A model generated the notes under the pieces. It worked only from the letters and a program-made list of their open reading frames with translations, was not told the origin of the DNA and did not search any database. From an uncultured virus (IMG/VR IMGVR_UViG_3300005083_000010) (taxonomy: Duplodnaviria; Heunggongvirae; Uroviricota; Caudoviricetes): a stretch of 64,000 bases of DNA. Every line of letters starts with the position of its first letter. Within the stretch, counting starts at the first letter, position 1. Shown piece after piece: positions 18,901 to 28,104 of the stretch. The position numbers were made by a program, and so were the translations under genes. Location: the IMG/VR virus record IMGVR_UViG_3300005083_000010; one strand, given 5' to 3'.

Positions 18901-21900
18901 CTTAAACATTGCGTCGCCCTGCCGCCCTAACATGTGGAAGAACGTGTTCGGTCTTAGCATGTCGATTTCAAACAGCTTTTGCACCGCGCCCAAAAACTTA
19001 CTCGCCGTGTTCTTAATCCGCTTGCCCTCGTTGTCCGCCCGCAGCTGCGCCGCCATCTGTGCTATCGTCTCGCCGCGCTTCGCCGCAAACGCCTTGTTAA
19101 CCGTGGCGATTGACGCCTCCACCCCGCGAATCGCGTTCCATAGCGTGTTAAGCTGATTAAGGTTCATATCCACAAGCCGCGTGTCCGCAAGCGCTATGGC
19201 GTCGTCAAGGTACCCCGTGGTGCCATCGCCCCCAAGCAGGTCAGGGTCAAGCACAAAATCCTCGCCCTTGTTCTCAACGTAAAGCCGCTTAAGCTTGTTA
19301 AACGCTTCTGTGCGCTTTGTCGCTTCGCCCGTGCCGTCCTTCACGTGCTTGCCGTCCGCGTCCACCGTGTAATTGCTCTCAAGGTTAATAGCTTCAAGGA
19401 GCGCCGCCACCGTGGTCTTAAGTTCCTCCGGCAAGTGCTTCTTGTCCGTCGGGCGCAGGAGTTTAGCGGACAGTCTGCTGACGTGCCGCTGAATCTTCCC
19501 CTTAAGCTGTGTTTCCTGCGTCCGTGTGCGTTTTGCTTGTACGCGCCGCGCAAAGTCTGCCTTAAGCTTCTGCTCGCGTTCTTCACGCTTCTGCTTAAGC
19601 GATTTCTTAAGTTCTTCTATGCGCGTGCTGTTCTCTTTCTTTATCTCGTCAAGCTTGGCGTTCTTCTCCGCTCTAAGCTTCTCGAGACGCTCCCTGTCAG
19701 TATCTTTAACCTTCTTTATCTCCTGTTGGTGCTTAACGCCCTTCACCGCCAATTGGTCACGGTACTCCGCTCTTACATTCTTAAGCTTCTGCTTGTGCTC
19801 TGCGTCCTTCGCCGCTAACTTGTCGCGGCTTTCCGCTTTCGCGTCCGCAAGCGCCTGCTTATGCTTCTCGGCGGCGGCAAGCTGTTTCATCTTCTGCTTG
19901 TCTGCGAATGTCGGTTTAGTAACGCCCACTTTAGCGGAAATATCATCAATCCAATTCTGCGCGTAACGCTCGATCATTTCCTCTACTTCTTCATCCGTAA
20001 ACTCCATCTCGATTACCTTCTCAGATTCATCGAGAATCCACGCAATGTGCTGTAGCTGATCCGCAGGGTGCGTAATATCCTCGGGGAAAAGGGCGTACCC
20101 CCATGTTTCCTGCAAATCCGCCCACTCCATATCTGTGTACGCCCCGCTATTGGCAAAGTGCAGCCTGCCGAAATGGTCTTTGAGAAACTGTCCGAAATCA
20201 GGTATACTGCGCCTGTCCTTTTGGCTTATGCTAAATGTGCGGCGCTTAAGATCGTCGGCGACATCTTCAAGATACGACGGTACTGCGTAACTCCTATCCG
20301 CTTCAACGTAAGCGCTTGCAGGACCCCGCGCAATGCGCATAGCCTCGAATATGTCAAACTCTCCGTCCTCGCCGCCCTCCACACAATACTTGCTTAGCAC
20401 TTCCATATCCTTGATAAACTTCGTCCGCTCCGACTTCGTAAAGTCTATTTTATCGTGGAGCAGCGACTTCGCAAACTTGTCAGCCTCGTCCATGTTTACG
20501 TGTATGCCCTTTGTCAGACGCGTCTCGTTGCGCCAATGCTCCACACGCTCCGCAAGCAGCTTGTTTGTGTCGTTCAGGCTCTGTATCTTGGTTTGCAGTT
20601 CCGTAAGCTCCGCATTCGTAATCCCCGCAGGCTGTTTCTTCTCCATATCCGCAACCATCTTATCAAACGCTCGGGAATACTTAGCACCGTCCGAATACTC
20701 GTCCACCGCCGACGCTAACGGCTCACCCGTTTCTTCGTCAACAACTTTTGAAACATTTTCGGGATTGACAAGATCCTCAAGCCGCTGTATGATTGAATCA
20801 GATAAAGCTTCGGGGGCGGTGGAGCTCGTTTTTACGGGGTCACCGCTGTTGCTATTGCGATTGCCCCGAAGCTTTTCTATTTCAAGCATTTCCAAAGAAT
20901 AAATACGGTTTCCGTAGTTGGCAGTTTCCTTTACTGTGAGATATGCAACATGCTCGCCATTGAGCAATATAGGCGCCGCGAACCTTTTTATAGTAACATT
21001 CGGATCACCCGCGTCCTTATGAGAAGACACCTCAATAGCGTGCTTCCAGACACGCTGAATGTTCTTAACAACCGTTAGGTGCTGTTTCTCCGTAAAGCCA
21101 TTATTTATTGATTTAGCAATAGCCACATTGTTTGTAAGTTTGCGCCTTTGCTCACCGTTAATCTGTGCCGTTACCCCTTCTTCTACATTAGCTAAATCAA
21201 TACCTGCCAAAGCCTTTAACGCTTCCTGTACGCTGGTGCTTGTCGCCTTGGTGTCTATGCTTAATGTCAAGTCCGCTACGGTCTCCCAATCCCCGAACCA
21301 CTTCTTAAACGCCGGCGTCCGCACCGTAAGCCATTGCTTCGCGTCAAGCTTCGTGTCCTTGCCATTCGGCGCTTTAAGCCATTGCGGCGTACCTTCGTAC
21401 TGCTGACGCACGGCGGCTTCTTCTTCGGTCAAGTTATACGTCTCACCGTCATGTGTGAAGGAGCGGCTAAATTTCACGTCCTCAACGGAATTAAGCGCGT
21501 CAAGCCTTGCCGCCTCGTCGCCGTCCGGGTACTCCAAAACTTGTACGCCGTTGTCTTCCAGTCCACTTACCACGTCCGCGTCCGTTCCTTCCGGCACGAC
21601 CGCCGCCACTACCTCGTTGAAACCGACGGCGCGCGCAGGCTTCGCTTCAAACATGTTGACGGGCATTTCCGCTAAATCGTTGGCTAAATCGGCGATCTCC
21701 TGCGCAATCTCCGGTGTAACCTTCTTATGGTACTTGCTAAGCTCCGTATAAATTGACTTCGGATTTTTCGTCTTTTTAAGCACTTCAACAATATCCGTAC
21801 CAATCTCATCAAACGCTCTAAAACTGTTAGAGCTATTGTCCGGCAATAGGCGATTCAGTATATCATGATATGTATTTTCGTATTCCTTTCGGCGCTCGCC

Positions 21901-24900
21901 CAATTCTTCCTCGGACAGCGGTGACAGCCGTCCCTCGTCCGCTTTAATATCAGATATACTCTTGTACGTCTTTGCCGCCGCCGCCGCGACTACGGACGCC
22001 GTAGGCGCGAAACCACCCTCCGCTCTGTCACCGCTTGCCTTCATTGCCTTAACAATGTTATCAAGGGTATAATCGTCATACAGCTGTGTGAATGTACGCC
22101 TGTTGCCGGAGGCGGTAAACATATCCTTGTTATTCCTGATACCTTTGCGAGAAACAATGCCGGAAAACTGTTCGCGCACCCAAGCCTTGTATTTATCCAT
22201 CAAGCCGGAATCGTTCTCAAAATACTCATCAACCAAACTTCCTGTCAAGCCCTCGTCATACGACGTCACCCCACGCAATTTCAAGTAGTTACGCACATCA
22301 TTAAACAAAGAATCCGCGTTGCCGTAGCCAAAATTATCCTCGGTATATAACTCCTTCGGCGCATTATCGCGTAACTTCTTTGCAAACCCGGACGGATTAG
22401 GGTTCTTGGCTATCGTGGCTTCCATATCCGCGCGATACTGAGTATTCAGCGCGTCGCGCATACGCTTGATTATTTCATCTCGGTTCTCGTCAGGAAGATA
22501 ATTATTCTCAAGGAATAAGTCCTCGCCCATTTCAGCTATGACTTCTTCCACGGCGTCATTACCGAATTGGCTGTTAAATCCGGTCATTTCCGGTTTAAAC
22601 CCGTCAATACCGCCGTCAAGCGCAAACAGTTGTTTTAATCGCCCCGCGTACTCCACGCCCTCGCCAATGTCGCCGCGCCCGTTATCTACGTACTTTTCCA
22701 ACTCGTATTCACGCGGTATAAGATTGACGCCGCCCATATTTAGACTGCGCTTATCGATTATCTTCTTGAACCGCTCCGTCACTGCCTTGATTACCTTCGT
22801 GTCAAGCTCGTACCCGACCTCCGGCGTCGTCGGCGTCCACGCGTCCGCGCCGTACACCTTGTTACGCTTGTCGGAAGGGTTAATCGTGTCCTTGCGGAAC
22901 ACAAGCGAAACGTCGCCGAATTTATTCCACCCATCACGCCCCTTTACAATCGCTATTGACGGCATGGGCAAGCCGCCAAGGCTCAACGCCTCTTTTAGCT
23001 TCGGCACATTCAGGTTATGCACGGCGATTAAATCTTTCGTTTCTTCAATAGGAAACGCCCTGCTAAACTTAGGCTCGTCAAACGTGACCTCATCGAGTAT
23101 CTTCACGGCGTTGTCGTCGAACACTACATAGCACTCACCGTCCTTATCTCCGTTGTAATATATGCCCTTTATGCCGTATTCGTTTAGTGTTTTTGACGCC
23201 CACTCATCATTCCGTATTTCGTCAGAGGACTTTTGGTATCGCGCATACTCATAAAGCTTCTTATAAATGTCAGAGCCCCTATCATAATTTGAAAACTCCA
23301 AACCGCCAAAGCGGAACCTTCTTTGGATTTTTTTAAGAGCGCTCTGGACTGTATCAGGTTGCTCAACAAACATCGCAAATTCGTCAATCATTACGTCCAC
23401 GTCGGGAATGTCCACGGTGAAAAGCTTGCCCGGAGGATCCCAATTTGCGGCAACCGTATTCTTAAACCATTCACGGGCTTTTTCTCCATAGGCACTATCG
23501 TTCGCAACCGCTTCTATGTCACCTGAAAGTAGAAGCTCGTCGATTAGCCCCATTCGCTCATAATATTCCTGCGCCGTATCGCCGCTGCTCTTGTTTGCTA
23601 TACGCTCAAAGCTGTCCTGCCACTCCGACAGCGTTTTGCCTTTAAACTTCGCCGTCCTCTCATATTCTGAATAAACGTCTTTCGCAAGGGCTGTCTGATA
23701 CCCGAGTGCCACCTGCTTATCCTTCGCGAAATACAAGCCCCAACCATGCACCTGTGCGCCCTCGCCGCTGCCGATATGCTCAAGCAGGAACTTGTCAAAC
23801 TTGTACGGCGAACCGTGAAAAGCGATAGAAAATTTTGCCGTATCCTTCGGCACCTCAACCGTCGTGCCGTCAGTTAGCTCTATCTTGCCGTTTTCAAGCT
23901 TCAACCCATTATCAATCGCACCCGGAGATTTTTTATTTTGGGTATTGCTTTTTTCTGCGTCAGGCGTTACACTTGAGTTAAGTTTAAGAGCGTCTTGTGT
24001 CTCCGTCTTGGACGTTACTCCGGGAATACCTTTATTGGTAGGTATCGGGGCGGGCACTACGGCGCTCTTATTCTTATATGCTGTTATGACATAAAGTGTC
24101 TTTAGACTTGTGTCCGGAACGACTTGTGAGACAATATATGCCCCATTTACCCGCTTTTCTATTAACACCTTATCAGCTTTGGTTCCGTCAGCATTATGAT
24201 ACCGAGACGATTTCCCATCAAGCTTACCGTTGTCTGCGTTTGCCAGAACATACCCAATCCGCGCTATGTCGCGGTTGTCGCGCATTGATTTATCCGCGCT
24301 ACCATTCTTACCGTGACGTTTTTGTATGTGGTCGATTTTGTCGTTTTGTATCTCAATCTTGTACCCGCTATAATCACGTCCGGTCAATTGTTTCAACAAA
24401 GCGCCAAGCGTATCGTTTACGGTACCCACCGACACCGCCCCACTAATTGCCGAATCTTCCCCCGCTTCAATCCTGATAGCTCGTTCTAAGATGTCGGCGT
24501 CAACCGCATTATTGTACTCGTCTATGGTCTTTTGCATATTTACATCGGCATTAAACTTCTCCCCCTCCGGCGGACCCGTCCTGCGCGCCGTCCCCGCTTC
24601 GGTCTCGTTGCTTAGCGCCGCCCTGCGCGTGCTTGCCGTAAACACCGCCGCGCCGCCCGCTTGCGCAACCCTCCGCGCTATACTATTCTCGTCAAATACG
24701 TTCATGCCCGCGAACGCGTCACAAAGCATTTCCTCTATGATCTCGTCCCGTGACATGTTCGTGCCATCGTAAAGCGAGGCATACCAATTAGCCAACACGT
24801 CAAATTCCGCCTGCGTGAAGTCCTCGGCAATGCTTGCCTCCACCCGCGCCATAAGCCCCGGGTCGGATCGTATGTATGAATGGAATAGCTCATGATTGGC

Positions 24901-27900
24901 AAGCTGTGTCGCCGTAAACTCAGGGCTGTCTACGCGTATGACAATATCCGCGCCCTTTATGAAACCCTGTACACGATACGATTGCCCACGCTCACTTACG
25001 TGAATATCGCCCGTGACGAACGTCACATTAAACCCACGCGCTTCAAGCTCCGCCTTTATCTCTTTAAGCTCCGCGTCGTCCTCTATCGCCGCGTCCGGTA
25101 CAACCGTCGCGGTCGTCTCCGTCGTACCGTTTTTAAGCCCTAAGTCCTTGCCGCTTACTTCCCGTCCGGATAAAGCTTTGACATTATTTCGTCTTTCAAC
25201 TGCTGTTGCTTTTTGGTCAGCGGCTTCTTCTCCCACCCCGGCTTGTGCGCGGAGTGCCACGCGCTTACGCTCCCCTCCGGTATTACCGCGATCCCCCCGT
25301 TCGGAGCTTGCACGAAGTACCGCGTCACCTCCGGTTTGTCCTGCGGCTTTTCCTGCGGATTGTCCTGCCTCTTGTCCTGCTGATTCGACACTTGTTACAC
25401 CTCCGGTCTTTGTTTCTTTGACTTCTCCAACATTCTGTTGTGTAGTCGTTGCTTTTTGCGTGTTCGCATTGTTTTTCTCTGTGTTCGCGTATTTGTTCTT
25501 GTACGAACCGTTAGCAATATCCGCGCCCCCTGCGTCGTATGCGGCGGTAATCTGATCTATAGTCATAACGTCTTCCGCATGGGAACGTACCATAGCGTCA
25601 TATGGATTCTGGTCGTTCGCGCCCGCTTCATACATTGCGTTAAACGCTTCTGCGTATTCAAACGTATCCGTTGTTGACGAAACACCGCTATTATACGCCT
25701 TTGCGCCCTCGGTGCCAAGCGTGGAAAGGTACATGCCGTTTGAGCCTTTGTATGTGCCGTTCTTCACGTCTGCGACACCCGCCGCGTATGCTACCGCTTG
25801 CTGATACGACGTAAGCGCGTTTGTCGGGTCAAGCGCCTGTTCAAGTTCGGCGTTGTCGGTCAAGCCCTTCGCGCCCGCTTCATAGAACGCGTGATACACC
25901 GTGTCATACGCAGACTGGTCTTGCGTTGTGGCATGGTCAAAGCTGTATCCCTTCTTACCCTCGTCGCCAAGCGTACTAAGCGTAGGCACGCTCTCAATGT
26001 CTGACTTGAACGTGTCAAAATCCCACTCCGCCGCCTGTTCCGTCGCGGCTTCGGCTTCGGCTTCTGCCGCCACTTCCTCTGTTGCCGTTGACGCCGCTGC
26101 TGTTACGTCCGCCGTTGCCGCTTTTTCTACTACCGGTGTTGCCGCTTCTGCCTCCGCAGACGCCGCTATCTTTTCTTCCAAAGCGGATTTAACAATCTGT
26201 ATCTGTTCAGCTTCGGTAATATGCCACGGTAACTGCTCCTGCATAGCATTCATCTTTGCGGGGAAGTCCGGGTCAAGTTCCTCGACAGCGGCAGTATCTT
26301 GAAACACCTTCGTGGCTAATTCGTCAGACACCGTGCCGTTGTTAGCCCGTGCATACTCTACCGCCTCTTGAAGCGTTGCGTTCGTAGGCGCAAACACCTC
26401 TTTTGCCGGTGCCTGTGCCGGTGCTGCTTCTGCCTCCGCAGACGCCGCTTCTGTTGCCGCTTTTACAGCGGCGGCGATGTCCGATGTCCCGCTTGTAGGC
26501 TCAACGGTTTTTTGTTTAGCCGAATTAACCGCGCCTGATATAGCGGGCGCGGCGGACACCGTACCGCCTACGGCTGTACCTATAGCCCCCGAATACAACG
26601 CCCGTGCGGGGTTTATCACGCCCTCACTTTCCTTGTCAAGCGGATCCTCCGCTATCCACGGTATATTCCTACCCGCTATAAGTTTGTTGACAGCACCTTC
26701 CCACACGTCCTGCGGTATCTCTTCAAAACCTTCGCCCAGAGCCGCCTTTAAGTAAGCCACCAAGCCTTTTAACCCGCCCGACTTGAAAGCCGCCTGCGCG
26801 CCGCCGCCCTCAAGCACACTCTGACCGTAAGCGTTGATGATAGCCGCAAGCATTGCCGTAGGCTCGTCGACACCTTCCGCTAAATTGTCCTGATACGACT
26901 GCGCAAACACCTTAAGCCCAATCGGCGCCGTGGACGCGTCAGGGATCGCCGCCTTTGCCGTCGCCTTCGCCGCCGACTTAAGAAACGTATTGCGCGTTTC
27001 CTTATCCATAACAATCTTTGCAATCTTCTTCGGGGCTTGCTTTGCCAGATCCTTCAAACTAAGCTTAACCGCCGCTTTTGCCCCCGCCTTCACGCCGCTC
27101 TTGGTAAGCCCCGCTATGCCCATCGAAAGTACCATGTCCGGCACCACTTGAAGCGCGTCATACACAAAGCCTAAAACAAAATCGCCTTGTGTAGCTTGCT
27201 CCCGCAAATCCTTCGCCGCTTCAAAATCCGCAGCACCTTTCGCTAACATCTCGGGCGCATATGTCGATTCGCTCATCACGTCTTTCAGTTCTTTTTCCGC
27301 TTCTTCGTAAGTCTTACCGGTACCCGCAGACATAGCTAAAGCGGTTAACGGTAGATAATTCGCTTCGTTGTTCGCTTGTAACGCCGATGACGCCACCGAC
27401 GCCACCGTGTGCGCCATGCCTTTGGTGTCTTGCCACCAACCTTTGCCCGCAAGCGTCAGAAAGTCTGAAATCTTTGACGCATTGCCAAGCTCGCCGCCGC
27501 TCTCACTCAGAAGCCTCGCCGCAGGAACCTCGGGGGTAGGCGCGGTCTCTTTTGGCGTCAATGTCAGCGGAGTTTTCGCCGCCGCCGCAACCGCCGTTTC
27601 CGCCTCGGTCACCCCCGGCGTTAATGTCAGCGGGTTTTGCGCCGCCGCCGCCGAAATCGCACCCAACCTCACCGGACCGACCGGAGTAACCGTCTGAGGC
27701 GTCTCCGGCGCGGACACCTTTAACGCCCCACCCCCATTCGACGTCAATGCAAGCGGACTTGGTTCCGCCGTAGGAGTAGTCGCCGTCGGAGTAGTCGCCG
27801 CCGCACTTGACGCGCCGCCTTTAAGCCTGTCAGCCGTGGATTTTAACACCACATTATCCGTTGCTTTCTTCGCAAGTTCCTCAAGCTTTGTCACCGTCGT

Positions 27901-28074
27901 TTTCGGCGCAAGCGAAAGCTCCGCAAGCTCCTTCTGCTTTGCGGCTTCTTGCGCCTCTACCGCTTTTTGCTCGGCAACCATATCACGCGCCAGTTTTATC
28001 TTCTCGGAAAGAGATGTAGTCTTTTTCTTGTTCTCTGTCTCCCGCGCCTGTGCTATCTTTTCTTTAAGTGTCAA
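15949..28074 (-). CDS. Giant polyvalent ejection protein (4041 aa): HExxH metallopeptidase, PBECR-like RNase, ART-PolyVal-like ADP-ribosyltransferase, LPD3-like and other domains
   Basis: NHELFH..EE; DHIQKRHG..DIARIGYVL; FHGSPYKFDKF..GEGAQVHGWGLYF; WLKAPNGK..VRTPAFKKWFGDWE; helical C-terminal ejection region. Confidence 0.85.
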   Translation of the reverse strand: MTLKEKIAQARETENKKKTTSLSEKIKLARDMVAEQKAVEAQEAAKQKELAELSLAPKTTVTKLEELAKKATDNVVLKSTADRLKGGASSAAATTPTATTPTAEPSPLALTSNGGGALKVSAPETPQTVTPVGPVRLGAISAAAAQNPLTLTPGVTEAETAVAAAAKTPLTLTPKETAPTPEVPAARLLSESGGELGNASKISDFLTLAGKGWWQDTKGMAHTVASVASSALQANNEANYLPLTALAMSAGTGKTYEEAEKELKDVMSESTYAPEMLAKGAADFEAAKDLREQATQGDFVLGFVYDALQVVPDMVLSMGIAGLTKSGVKAGAKAAVKLSLKDLAKQAPKKIAKIVMDKETRNTFLKSAAKATAKAAIPDASTAPIGLKVFAQSYQDNLAEGVDEPTAMLAAIINAYGQSVLEGGGAQAAFKSGGLKGLVAYLKAALGEGFEEIPQDVWEGAVNKLIAGRNIPWIAEDPLDKESEGVINPARALYSGAIGTAVGGTVSAAPAISGAVNSAKQKTVEPTSGTSDIAAAVKAATEAASAEAEAAPAQAPAKEVFAPTNATLQEAVEYARANNGTVSDELATKVFQDTAAVEELDPDFPAKMNAMQEQLPWHITEAEQIQIVKSALEEKIAASAEAEAATPVVEKAATADVTAAASTATEEVAAEAEAEAATEQAAEWDFDTFKSDIESVPTLSTLGDEGKKGYSFDHATTQDQSAYDTVYHAFYEAGAKGLTDNAELEQALDPTNALTSYQQAVAYAAGVADVKNGTYKGSNGMYLSTLGTEGAKAYNSGVSSTTDTFEYAEAFNAMYEAGANDQNPYDAMVRSHAEDVMTIDQITAAYDAGGADIANGSYKNKYANTEKNNANTQKATTTQQNVGEVKETKTGGVTSVESAGQEAGQSAGKAAGQTGGDAVLRASSERGDRGNTGGERKRVALRAQAGVGEEAADQKATAVERRNNVKALSGREVSGKDLGLKNGTTETTATVVPDAAIEDDAELKEIKAELEARGFNVTFVTGDIHVSERGQSYRVQGFIKGADIVIRVDSPEFTATQLANHELFHSYIRSDPGLMARVEASIAEDFTQAEFDVLANWYASLYDGTNMSRDEIIEEMLCDAFAGMNVFDENSIARRVAQAGGAAVFTASTRRAALSNETEAGTARRTGPPEGEKFNADVNMQKTIDEYNNAVDADILERAIRIEAGEDSAISGAVSVGTVNDTLGALLKQLTGRDYSGYKIEIQNDKIDHIQKRHGKNGSADKSMRDNRDIARIGYVLANADNGKLDGKSSRYHNADGTKADKVLIEKRVNGAYIVSQVVPDTSLKTLYVITAYKNKSAVVPAPIPTNKGIPGVTSKTETQDALKLNSSVTPDAEKSNTQNKKSPGAIDNGLKLENGKIELTDGTTVEVPKDTAKFSIAFHGSPYKFDKFLLEHIGSGEGAQVHGWGLYFAKDKQVALGYQTALAKDVYSEYERTAKFKGKTLSEWQDSFERIANKSSGDTAQEYYERMGLIDELLLSGDIEAVANDSAYGEKAREWFKNTVAANWDPPGKLFTVDIPDVDVMIDEFAMFVEQPDTVQSALKKIQRRFRFGGLEFSNYDRGSDIYKKLYEYARYQKSSDEIRNDEWASKTLNEYGIKGIYYNGDKDGECYVVFDDNAVKILDEVTFDEPKFSRAFPIEETKDLIAVHNLNVPKLKEALSLGGLPMPSIAIVKGRDGWNKFGDVSLVFRKDTINPSDKRNKVYGADAWTPTTPEVGYELDTKVIKAVTERFKKIIDKRSLNMGGVNLIPREYELEKYVDNGRGDIGEGVEYAGRLKQLFALDGGIDGFKPEMTGFNSQFGNDAVEEVIAEMGEDLFLENNYLPDENRDEIIKRMRDALNTQYRADMEATIAKNPNPSGFAKKLRDNAPKELYTEDNFGYGNADSLFNDVRNYLKLRGVTSYDEGLTGSLVDEYFENDSGLMDKYKAWVREQFSGIVSRKGIRNNKDMFTASGNRRTFTQLYDDYTLDNIVKAMKASGDRAEGGFAPTASVVAAAAAKTYKSISDIKADEGRLSPLSEEELGERRKEYENTYHDILNRLLPDNSSNSFRAFDEIGTDIVEVLKKTKNPKSIYTELSKYHKKVTPEIAQEIADLANDLAEMPVNMFEAKPARAVGFNEVVAAVVPEGTDADVVSGLEDNGVQVLEYPDGDEAARLDALNSVEDVKFSRSFTHDGETYNLTEEEAAVRQQYEGTPQWLKAPNGKDTKLDAKQWLTVRTPAFKKWFGDWETVADLTLSIDTKATSTSVQEALKALAGIDLANVEEGVTAQINGEQRRKLTNNVAIAKSINNGFTEKQHLTVVKNIQRVWKHAIEVSSHKDAGDPNVTIKRFAAPILLNGEHVAYLTVKETANYGNRIYSLEMLEIEKLRGNRNSNSGDPVKTSSTAPEALSDSIIQRLEDLVNPENVSKVVDEETGEPLASAVDEYSDGAKYSRAFDKMVADMEKKQPAGITNAELTELQTKIQSLNDTNKLLAERVEHWRNETRLTKGIHVNMDEADKFAKSLLHDKIDFTKSERTKFIKDMEVLSKYCVEGGEDGEFDIFEAMRIARGPASAYVEADRSYAVPSYLEDVADDLKRRTFSISQKDRRSIPDFGQFLKDHFGRLHFANSGAYTDMEWADLQETWGYALFPEDITHPADQLQHIAWILDESEKVIEMEFTDEEVEEMIERYAQNWIDDISAKVGVTKPTFADKQKMKQLAAAEKHKQALADAKAESRDKLAAKDAEHKQKLKNVRAEYRDQLAVKGVKHQQEIKKVKDTDRERLEKLRAEKNAKLDEIKKENSTRIEELKKSLKQKREEREQKLKADFARRVQAKRTRTQETQLKGKIQRHVSRLSAKLLRPTDKKHLPEELKTTVAALLEAINLESNYTVDADGKHVKDGTGEATKRTEAFNKLKRLYVENKGEDFVLDPDLLGGDGTTGYLDDAIALADTRLVDMNLNQLNTLWNAIRGVEASIATVNKAFAAKRGETIAQMAAQLRADNEGKRIKNTASKFLGAVQKLFEIDMLRPNTFFHMLGRQGDAMFKSLREAQDKTIAIIEAAREYTLQALKDYDIDVRKLEDTKVTVTLGGEEWELTVAGLMELYNLSERDQGMAHILTGGIVLPTVKKGLMDVKQSATPVSGITEDEVRAAVALLSPGERAVADALRAYASTVLANEGNEASMRVFNYKKFTEPDYWSIRVNTNEINSKAGESASFTTPSLKNVSFAKPIAPNAKTSIYIGSVFDTFSEHLGGMATYAGYMPVLEDINRVKNYKFRDDDGNLVTTVKNLIDQVMGDKRGVSYVDTLLRDIVGNATDDSSLTGRFMRNYKAAAVGLNLRVILQQPTAIIRGMQMVNPIYFIPGSAKNVVAGWQKAVKYAPIAQWKAWGNFDVQTGKKLKEILFNSETPLEKARELSMAPASGMDSFGWGVLWNAIEAETKAKHKSLKPGTEEFYAAVAERFGEVIDNTQVVDGTLQRSQIMRSHNAINQMATAFMSEPTMQYNMFVSAMYDLKGATTQTEKNAARKKIAATVLSLAASLSVNAAVQSFVDALRDDDDELSFWEKMLAQFFGKGEDGEGWFTTHMLKGNLGSAFNPLQYIPYVKDVVSIFQGYDVSRMDMEGFANLSSAIQNVMKAQSGSGKYTPLSAWSDLFAETARLLGVPVYNVKRDVMSIVNTITGATNNVELQYKLATYTLRQGVSSNLKTYMDLLYEAKQTDPEAYKRIYDDMIARDMWGTDTATTADKIKAQMESRMKAEADTKSVKELEKRYVSPDEEAEYNAFMDEVLTSKIYTSASDADKAAMRQLANDYYDKAGTDKETDWMSDARNAETVMGISTTDYILYRSALKSVDEPEGEKGHGSYDTEEKKEAAAKVSGLSAYERDYLVNPRTAAQEKIYKPVYMELTSSAAYKALDEALKDKATAWAYDYADKKDKLATDKTYTLPSASSWIEKADAAAQMSGMSTAEYIAFMAELRAVDQPDGEKGHGSYDKDEWVEAAQAVSGLSAAEIAFLESINTDTKWKKLKADLGW
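20765..20880 (+). ncRNA. Candidate antisense sRNA with its own promoter, nested after the LPD3-like domain
   Basis: TTGACA-17-TATGAT; perfect 12-bp stem 20804-20815/20864-20875 enclosing GCGGTG/CACCGC and CGT-TTTT-ACG hairpins; T-rich tail. Confidence 0.65.
23945..24076 (+). ncRNA. Candidate antisense sRNA with its own promoter, nested after the PBECR-like domain
   Basis: TTGCTT-17-TACACT; 10-bp stem 23985-23994/24061-24070 enclosing a multi-stem junction with CGT-CTTGG-ACG; T-rich tail. Confidence 0.65.
25155..25391 (-). CDS. Candidate nested out-of-frame 78-aa protein inside the polyvalent gene
   Basis: GGAGGT 7 nt before GTG; protein-like composition. Confidence 0.45.
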   Translation of the reverse strand: MSNQQDKRQDNPQEKPQDKPEVTRYFVQAPNGGIAVIPEGSVSAWHSAHKPGWEKKPLTKKQQQLKDEIMSKLYPDGK

Positions 28075-28104
28075 CCACCGTCACCCCATTCATGCAGTCA
28101 TAGG

